Below, piece by piece: positions 1 to 8,200 of a stretch of DNA of 64,000 nucleotides (the stretch's first letter is position 1; each line of letters opens with the position of its first letter). The notes under the pieces are model-generated. The model did not search any database. It worked only from the letters and a program-made list of their open reading frames with translations, and had not been told where the DNA came from. The DNA comes from Balanoglossus misakiensis (Eukaryota; Animalia; Hemichordata). Location: positions 9,615,403-9,679,402 of the forward strand of contig CM082587.2 in NCBI GenBank assembly GCA_040954595.2, in the 5' to 3' direction. Both the position numbers and the translations under genes were made by a program.

Positions 1-2058
1 GCGGTCTTACCCGTCATTGGCACAAACAGTCTCAGGAAGTAAGCTTTCAGCCTACCAATGTAGCTATTGTATTTTCCACTTTTTGTAAGTGAAGCCTGAC
101 TGTCGCCTCTCTTAGGTCACCACTTCATAAGCGGTCTTACCCGTCATTGGCACAAACAGTCTCAGGAAGAAAGCTTTCAGCCTACCAATGTAGCTATTGT
201 ATTTTTCACATTTTGTAAGTGAAGCCTGACTGTCGCCTGTCTTAGGTCACCACTTCATAAGCGGTCTTACCCGTCATTGGCACAAACAGTCTCAGGAAGT
301 AAGCTTTCAGCCTACCAATGTAGCTATTGTATTTTCCACTTTTTGTAAGTGAAGCCTGACTGTCGCCTCTCTTAGGTCACCACTTCATAAGCGGTCTTAC
401 CCGTCATTGGCACAAACAGTCTCAGGAAGAAAGCTTTCAGCCTACCAATGTAGCTATTGTATTTTTCACTTTTTGTAAGTGAAGCCTGACTGTCGCCTGT
501 CTTAGGTCACCACTTCATAAGCGGTCTTACCCGTCATTGGCACAAACAGTCTCAGGAAGAAAGCTTTCAGCCTACCAATGTAGCTATTGTATTTTTCACT
601 TTTTGTAAGTGAAGCCTGACTGTCGCCTGTCTTAGGTCACCACTTCATAAGCGGTCTTACCCGTCATTGGCACAAACAGTCTCAGGAAGTAAGCTTTCAG
701 CCTACCAAACAGTCTCAGGAAGTAAGCTTTCAGCCTACCAATGTAGCTATTGTATTTTCCACTTTTTGTTAGTGAAGCCTGACTGTCGCCTGTCTTAGGT
801 CACCACTTCATAAGCGGTCTTACCCGTCATTGGCACAAACAGTCTCAGGAAGTAAGCTTTCAGCCTACCAATGTAGCTATTGTATTTTTCACTTTTTGTA
901 AGTGAAGCCTGACTGTCGCCTGTCTTAGGTCACCACTTCATAAGCGGTCTTACCCGTCATTGGCACAAACAGTCTCAGGAAGTAAGCTTTCAGCCTACCA
1001 AACAGTCTCTGGAAGTAAGCTTTCAGCCTACCAATGTAGCTATTGTATTTTCCACTTTTTATAAGTGAAGCCTGACTGTCGCCTGTCTTAGGTCACCACT
1101 TCATAAGCGGTCTTACCCGTCATTGGCACAAACAGTCTCAGGAAGTAAGCTTTCAGCCTACCAATGTAGCTATAGAATTTTCCACTTTTTGTAAGTGAAG
1201 CCTGACTGTCGCCTGTCTTAGGTCACCACTTCATAAGTGGTCTTACCCGTCATTGGCACAAACAGTCTCAGGATTTAAGCTTTCAGCCTACCAATGTAGC
1301 TATTGTATTTTCCACTTTTTGTAAGTGAAGCCTGACTGTCGCCTGTCTTAGGTCACCACTTCATAAGCGGTCTTACCCGTCATTGGCACAAATAGTCTCA
1401 GGAAGTAAGCTTTCAGCCTACCAATGTAGCTATTGTATTTTCCACTTTTTGTAAGTGAAGCCTGACTGTCGCCTGTCTTAGGTCACCACTTCATAAGCGG
1501 TCTTACCCGTCATTGGCACAAACAGTCTCGGGAGTAAGCTTTCAGCCTACCAATGTAGCTATTGTATTTTCCACTTTTTGTAAGTGAAGCCTGACTGTCG
1601 CCTGTCTTAGGTCACCACTTCATAAGCGGTCTTACCCGTCATTGGCACAAACAGTCTCAGGACGTAAGCTTTCAGCCTACCAATGTAGCTATTGTATTTT
1701 CCACTTTTTGTAAGTGAAGCCTGACTGTCGCCTGTCTTAGGTCACAACTTTATAAGCGGTCTTACCCGTCATTGGCACAAACAGTCTCAGGAAGTAAGCT
1801 TTCAGCCTACCAATGTAGCTATAGAATTTTCCACTTTTTGTAAGTGAAGCCTGACTGTCGCCTGTCTTAGGTCATCACTGCATAAGAGGTCTTACCCGTC
1901 ATTGGCACAAACAGTTTCAGGATTTAAGCTTTCAGCCTACCAATGTAGCTATTGTATTTTCCACTTTTTGTAAGTGAAACCTGACTGTCGCCTGTCTTAG
2001 GTCACCACTTCATAAGCGGTCTTACCCGTCATTGGCACAAACAGTCTCAGGAAGTAAG
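1..2058. repeat. 130-bp tandem satellite array, left segment (about 15 monomers, two of them the 163-bp variant)
   Basis: GCGGTCTTACCCGTCATTGG... recurs at 1, 131, 261, 391 etc.; monomers differ by 0-3 substitutions; each contains AAGCTT (HindIII). Confidence 0.99.
2055..2058. other. 4-bp target site duplication (TAAG) of element 1, left copy; right copy at 11358-11361
   Basis: Satellite reads GGAAG-TAAG|TGTAACC...GGTTACA|TAAG-CTTTCAG. Removing the element and one TAAG restores an intact monomer. Confidence 0.95.
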
Positions 2059-2375
2059 TGTAACCTCACTCACAATTACATATAATACAAAAAGGGCCCT
2101 GGTGGCATTGCGGCATCTTCGCTCCACAATACTCAATCAGATACAACAAGAAACAATTTTCTCTCTCCGATAAGTTCAAATATAAAAGAAAAAAACTCGA
2201 CAGCACTCAATCTCTGAATTGCGTCAATATCAATGAACAAAAAAATCAAGCAATTCAATACTGATCCCACTAGTGCACCTTTATACCACTGAATGTGCAC
2301 TGCAAAAAGAAACTGAAATGTTAATCTGTATCACTGGGAATACAAGAAGAATAAAGTTCACTATCCATGTGCGTA

Positions 2376-2548
2376 GCTGTATAAATCAATGTACTCCGCA
2401 GTGTGAATCAGCGTATTCCGCTGTATAAATCAATGTACTCGGCAGTAAAAATCAGCGTATTCCGCTGTATAAATCAATGCACTCGGCAATATAAATCAGT
2501 GTACTCCGCTGTATAAATCAATGCACTCGGCAATATAAATCAGTGTAC
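2376..2548. repeat. LTR-internal tandem repeat, 22-bp subunit x about 8 (44-bp dimer x 4); also at 10303-10475
   Basis: GCTGTATAAATCAATGTACTCC / GCAGTGTGAATCAGCGTATTCC-like units alternate. Confidence 0.9.
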
Positions 2549-2722
2549 TTTTCCCACAATAGTTCGAAAAAATAAAAGTTCACTGTTCACACAATAGTTC
2601 AAAAGAAAATAACAGTTCACGATCAATGTACTCAGCTGTATGACTCAGTTTGCTGTCCCGTAAACAGTTCCGGCGCTGAATCCAACTTCAACTGGCACAA
2701 TCCGCTGGCAAATGGCAAACCA

Positions 2723-2905
2723 CGGCGAATCCCTCAGAACGTCTGCAAACTGCTACACCCAAAGCCGGCGAATCCCTCAGAACGTCTGCAAACTGCTACA
2801 CCCAAAGCCGGCGAATCCCTCAGAACGGCAGCAAACAGCAAAATGTTACACAGAAACTCGGCGAATCCCTCAGAAAGGCAGCAAACAGCGACTGTAGCAC
2901 ACAAG
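2723..2905. repeat. LTR-internal tandem repeat, 43-50 bp x 4; also at about 10650-10832
   Basis: CGGCGAATCCCTCAGAA starts at 2723, 2766, 2809 and 2859; the first two 43-bp units are identical. Confidence 0.92.
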
Positions 2906-3430
2906 CGGCTCGGTGTATCAAAACTGATGGGTCCGCTTTCAATACATGTACATATCTCTCTCCGTCTCTAGCTCGCACACATCACACGCCCGCACGACTC
3001 ATGGGGGCAGCCATCTTGGAAAGTGTTGTTTCTGCCTACGTGTCCGAATCTCCGACTCAACTTCGGCCCTACTCGGCTCGTCACACACTCACCGTCTAGC
3101 TGGAACTTCTTGGCCAATTCAAAAAATATAGTTTCTTTTCACACCACGTCTCGCTCTTCAGAATTCAGTGTCACTGTTGGCGTTCCGTCCGCCTGTTTCA
3201 AAGACCTGCACGCCTCAATACATGACTTCTGGCTGAAACCTGGGCTGCAATTTCAGACGAAAATCTCCCAGCAATTTCTGGACGACCAGCTCACGCGTCC
3301 TCAATTTTTCCACACCCACTTCCAAAAAAAAACCCAACAACTACCCGGATGAACCGCTGTACCGGCTGAGGGCGCTGCTGTCACCTTTCCCGTAAAGTCC
3401 CCGGATGCTACTCAGTAACCATGGGTTACA

Positions 3431-3442
3431 TTCTCCCCCTCC
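3431..3442 (-). promoter_or_regulatory. Polypurine tract of element 1
   Basis: Minus strand reads GGAGGGGGAGAA immediately before the TGTAAC start of the 3' LTR. Confidence 0.9.
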
Positions 3443-3509
3443 AAATATGGGCGTCCTCGTCCATTACATCATCGGACAACATTCTTCTATTCAGGTAAGT
3501 AATGTAGTG

Positions 3510-5267
3510 TTAAAAACCATATCTTTGTGGAGCTTTTCTATCTCGTGTAGATCTTCTAACTGTCTGGGTCTCCACCTCTGTTTCCATGGTAACGGTTTCT
3601 GCCATCTGAACCGGACTCGCTCCCTCTGTCTCCATAGCAACTGTTTCTGTCATCTGAGCTGGACTCGCTACATCTGTTTCCATAGCTATCACGGCTGTAT
3701 CTGTACTTTCAGACATTCTCGGAGTAAACTCTGTTGCTGTTGCTCTAAGTTTTCTGCTCTCTCTTCCACCATTTGTCATCATATCGACCATCTCTCTATC
3801 GTCTGGTCTTGTACTTCCTACTGCATCCTCCATGACTGTTTTGTTATTAAATCGCACCGAACTACGCACAGGAGGTTCAGCTATAGTTCTTTCCCTTGAT
3901 GCAGGTTTCCACCATTGTACTAATTCCAATCCATCCTCGGACGAGTCTGTGCCAGCACTTGAACTAGTAGTCACTGGTCGATGGCGAGTTTTTCTCATAT
4001 CTCTTTGTGGTTTTCTGTCATACTGCTTCCTCATAGGTCTTGCAGGATACGGTACAGGTAATGCACTGCATGGCAATAACATGTTCCGATGAAGAGTCCT
4101 TGAACCATGAGATTCCCCACTTTCTCGAACAACTTCATACACTGGAATATCTGGATTGACCTGACGGACCACAAGGTAAGCAGTTTTCTCCCAGCGATCA
4201 GCTAGCTTGTGTTTACCACGATTTCCTACATTCCGCACCAATACACGATCTCCTGGCTCCAATCGACCTTCCTTAGCTCTCACATCATACCGTCTCTTGT
4301 TTGCTCGTTGGTGTTTCTCTGCCTCTTTTGATGCTAATTCACATGCCACTTTCAATCTCTCCCGCAGTCTATGCGCATAATCATCGCAATCGTCATCCTC
4401 GGTTGGCTGTAATCCCAGATAGATATCTACAGGAAGCCTGGGATGATGACCATACATCAAGTAATAAGGTGAGTAACCAGTACTTTCTCCTTTTGTACAA
4501 TTGTATGCATGTACCATTGGACTGATATACTTCTTCCAATCTTGTTTCCTCTCTTCACCGAGCGTACCCAACATGTCCATCAACGTCCTGTTGAATCTCT
4601 CACATTGCGGGTTTCCCTGGGGGTGGTAAGGCGTGGTGCGAGATTTCTGTATTCCCAGCTTTTTACATAACTCCTGAATAACTTTCGACTCGAAATTGCG
4701 ACCTTGATCTGAGTGGAGACGATCAGGAAAACCATAATGCAACAGGAAATGCTCCATCAAAGCGTCCGCTGTCGTCTTCGCTGTCTGGTCCTTGGTTGGT
4801 ATTGCTATCGCATACCTCGTGAAATGATCTGTAATGATCAGTATATCTTTGTATCCTCCTTTACACAGCTCCACTGTCAAATAGTCCATACAAACTAATT
4901 CCAATGGCCGCTTCGTCGTAATGTTACAAAGTGGGACTTTAGCTCTTCCATCAGGAGTCATCTTTCTGCGAGTGCAGCGCTCACAATTCTTCACCTTGAC
5001 TTCTATATCCATAGTCATCTTAGGCCAATAAAATCTGGACTTCATCAGATCAGTAGTTCTCTCTATTCCAGGATGTCCCATATCATCATGTAATGCTTCC
5101 ATGGCTGTACCACGATATATGGCAGGCAAGACCAACTGATTATACTCATCACCATGGCGATCCTGTCTCCGTCTGTACAGTACACCATCCCGAAACCGTA
5201 ATCGATTCCATTCCTTCAGACCAATTTGCACCAATTTAGATTCGCCACTTCTTTCTGTAACAGTGGG
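3510..5267 (-). CDS. pol: Integrase portion of element 1 Pol; in-frame continuation of the upstream ORF after a single TGA (ORF track starts it at TTG 5234)
   Basis: HHCC zinc finger (HDDMGH...CERC), DDE core (CMDY, HSDQGRNF, CERFNR), KLADRW segment, long low-complexity tail ending RRSTRDRKAPQRYGF. Same frame as 5268-9539. Confidence 0.93.
   Translation of the reverse strand, partial: PTVTERSGESKLVQIGLKEWNRLRFRDGVLYRRRQDRHGDEYNQLVLPAIYRGTAMEALHDDMGHPGIERTTDLMKSRFYWPKMTMDIEVKVKNCERCTRRKMTPDGRAKVPLCNITTKRPLELVCMDYLTVELCKGGYKDILIITDHFTRYAIAIPTKDQTAKTTADALMEHFLLHYGFPDRLHSDQGRNFESKVIQELCKKLGIQKSRTTPYHPQGNPQCERFNRTLMDMLGTLGEERKQDWKKYISPMVHAYNCTKGESTGYSPYYLMYGHHPRLPVDIYLGLQPTEDDDCDDYAHRLRERLKVACELASKEAEKHQRANKRRYDVRAKEGRLEPGDRVLVRNVGNRGKHKLADRWEKTAYLVVRQVNPDIPVYEVVRESGESHGSRTLHRNMLLPCSALPVPYPARPMRKQYDRKPQRDMRKTRHRPVTTSSSAGTDSSEDGLELVQWWKPASRERTIAEPPVRSSVRFNNKTVMEDAVGSTRPDDREMVDMMTNGGRESRKLRATATEFTPRMSESTDTAVIAMETDVASPAQMTETVAMETEGASPVQMAETVTMETEVETQTVRRSTRDRKAPQRYGF
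3576..3700 (-). repeat. 48-bp (16-aa) coding repeat x about 2.5 in the integrase tail
   Basis: Protein reads IAMETDVASPAQMTET-VAMETEGASPVQMAET-VTMETEVET; DNA period is 48 (3580, 3628, 3676). Confidence 0.85.
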
Positions 5268-8200
5268 TCATTTATTCTTCACCATGTACATATACAAGCG
5301 TCCTACAACAGGATCTGCCTTCTGCGCTGCTATCCAATCAGCTGTGGTAACTGAAGGTAATGCTGTCTGGTCTGACCACTTTTCAATTTCATCCTCCACA
5401 CGAGTAACAACCCCTGGCTCAGCTCCTAGTATTTCAACTGCTGGTAACGTCTGAACTTGGGCACTCTGAGTGACTGCTTTCACCGTCTCAATATTCATTC
5501 GCTCTCTCTCAGCAGGAGGTAACCAATCCAACCAATATGGACGTCCCTCAGTATCAGTGGTATATCCCTGATGGGGCTTCCGCGATAGACCATCTGCATC
5601 AGCGTTGAGGCTGCCTGGCGTATACTGTAATTCAAAATCATACTGAGCTAGTGCCGCCAACCATCTGTGTCCAGTGGCATCAAGTTTCGCGCTGGTCATC
5701 ACATAGGTTAAAGGATTGTTGTCAGTCACAACCAAGAATTTTCTACCATACAGATAGTCCTTGAACTTGTCTGTTACTGCCCATTTCAATGCTAGGAACT
5801 CTAACTTGTGAACAGGGTAGTGTCGTTCACTCTTCGACAGTCTTCTGCTGGCATAGGCAATCACCCTTTTCACTGGTCCCTCTTTCTGGTATAGCGCAGC
5901 ACCCAATCCCAATAAGCTGGCGTCAGTATGTAGCTCAAATGGCTTCTCATAATCTGGATATGCGAGAATAGGGGGATGTGTCAATCTCTCAATCAGCGTC
6001 TCGAACGCATGTTGACACTCTTCTGTCCAGTTGAATTTGGGACGATCTTCCTCTCTGATGAGTTTCATCTTACCAGAACGGCCTTTCCGCTGATACAATC
6101 CAACTGTCAAGTCATTGAGAGGCTTGGCAATCTTCGAATATCCTTCCACATATCTTCTATAATATCCTGTCACGCCTAAAAACGTCTTGACCTCTTGAGC
6201 ATTGGTAGGCACTGGCCACGTCTTCAAAGGTTCGGTCTTTGCTGGATCAGTCTGTATACCGTTCGCACTCACAACATGTCCCAAATAGTTGACCTGCTTC
6301 AGAAAGAAAGCACACTTCTTGGGGGATAACTTCAAACCATTCGCCGCAAGTCGCTGAAATACTTGTTGCAATCTATCCAGATGTTCCTCGAAGGTGCTCG
6401 AGAAAATAATAATATCATCAAGATAAACCAGACAAATCTTGTAATTTAAATCTCCCAGGCATTTCTCCATGACACGTTGAAACGACGCAGGGCTAGTAGT
6501 CAGTCCCATAGGTAACTTCAGACATTCATACAGTCCAACGGGGGTAATAAACGCCGTCTTCTCCACATCTGTTTCATCCATCAAGATCTGCCAGTAACCC
6601 GATTTCAAATCGACTGTACTGAAAAGTGCTGCTCCTTTCAGGGCATCAAAACTTTCCTCTATACGAGGCAGTGCATAGGCATCTCTGATCGTCCGCGCGT
6701 TGAGTTTTCGGTAATCAATACAAAGCCGCGTACTACCATCTTTTTTCCCAACTAGTACTATGGGCGCGGCCCAGGGGCTGTGTGACTCCCTTATCACTCC
6801 ACTATCAATCATGCCTTCCAAAATATGTTTCAATTCCTGGTACCTTGCAGGTGGCACACGACGATGACGTTCACTGATAGGAGTCTCGTCTGTCAATCGA
6901 ATACGGTGTTTCTCTATCCCACACGTACCAAGATCTGTGTCGTTCTTGGAAAACACATCCTTCTGTTCGGTAAAACAGACTTTCACTTGCTCCAACTGTC
7001 GAGTGGTTAAGTCTGCCTCGGTCAGATCAAAGACAACTCCATCTACTGATATTGTGCTTTTGGGTGTAGACTGAATTTCATTCATCTCGTGAGCCATAGC
7101 TGACATCTGTCCAGGTGTCTGTATCCAGGTCACTGCTCTAGCTTCACCAATGACATCTCCCGGTTTCACCATAACTGTCTTGTCACTAGTGTTGCTAATA
7201 CGGACCGGCACCTGCGATTTCCGTCGATAACATGTCATCACTCCAGTTGTAGCACTTGTAGCAATGTTGCATGGAGTCTTGGCACTGGGTTCCACTGTAA
7301 CAACATACTGGTCACGAGGAGTGCCACCACGAATGCGTCCCCATACCATCTGATCGCTGTCCGGCTTGACAGAGATAGGTGTTCTGCACATAGCTCTGAC
7401 ATCTCCCAAAAATCCATCTTTTCCAACAAATCGTTCTCTCGCCAACAATGTATTACAAGTCTTCTTTCCAGTTACAGACATACGCATGGAACGAACTTTC
7501 TTCTGATTCCTTGTGAGACTACCACAATCTATATAGTAACACAAAAGATTGGTGCCTGCAGTGACTGGTACATCAGCGTTGTACTCGTTGTCTGCCGCAA
7601 CTAATACCAATACGTTGTGTTCATCTTCAGATGCAAACAATGACACAGGGAAAGACATCTTCACTTCGATGTATCCTAAATACGGTAACTTCTCACCACC
7701 AGCACCGGTAACCACGAAAGAATCGGTCAATAGTCTCAAAGGCACATCGGTCAGATTCTTCCAATAATATTCGTACGAAAAAGTCGTCACTTGTGATCCC
7801 GTATCAATCAGGCATGGACATCTCATCCCATTAATAAACACATGCTCTTCTGGCGTTGGTCCTACTAGTCTTTTCCACAACTGGTTACTCATCAAAACTG
7901 GCTTCTGACCATGTTTGGCTGCAATGGTACCATCAATGGCCACAGGCTTTTTCACAGTCTTCAAAACTTTCTTCGGACTCATCTCCCCTTTTCCCGACAC
8001 TGCTGTTTCTGTCCGCTGACAAGACAAGACGGTAGGGCAGATGCGTTGGATGTGTCCTATTCCTCCACATCTAAAGCAAACTACCACTCGGTCAAACCCG
8101 GCCCTCACTCCCTGATTGGTGTATGGTTGGCGGGAATTACTAGTCTTCTCTCTCTTTTCATCCTTCGGTTTTGGACATATTCGTGCGATGTGTCCTTCTT

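Larger units (their letters stand above)
2059..3430 (-). repeat. 3' LTR of element 1 (1372 bp)
   Basis: Direct repeat of 9986-11357 (offset 7927); differences seen only at 2938, 3085, 3331 and 3332; 7-bp terminal inverted repeat. Confidence 0.98.

Noticed and set aside
1-130. Hammerhead ribozyme, tRNA or 5S origin of the satellite monomer
   Set aside because: No CUGANGA plus GAAA core in the right arrangement on either strand, and no recognisable A/B boxes or cloverleaf. An Infernal/Rfam search would be the formal test.
2690-2900. Satellite derived from the element 1 LTR (shared TGGCACAA, CAAACAG, CTCAG)
   Set aside because: Matches are 5-8 bp with inconsistent spacing and are expected by chance.
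2712-3352. Short plus-strand ORFs in the LTRs (also 10639-11279)
   Set aside because: They are antisense to the element, 61-109 aa, products of the 43-bp repeat or non-ATG starts, with no recognisable domains; duplicated only because the LTR is duplicated.
3431-3900. env gene or chromodomain at the 3' end of element 1 (same check for element 2 at 14156-14600)
   Set aside because: Only about 80 bp and 260 bp lie between the pol stop and the LTR; the tails are low-complexity with no chromodomain aromatic-cage pattern or transmembrane segment.
5268-5270. Selenocysteine recoding of the in-frame TGA
   Set aside because: The position is a basic linker where Arg is expected rather than Cys, and no SECIS-like element was recognised.
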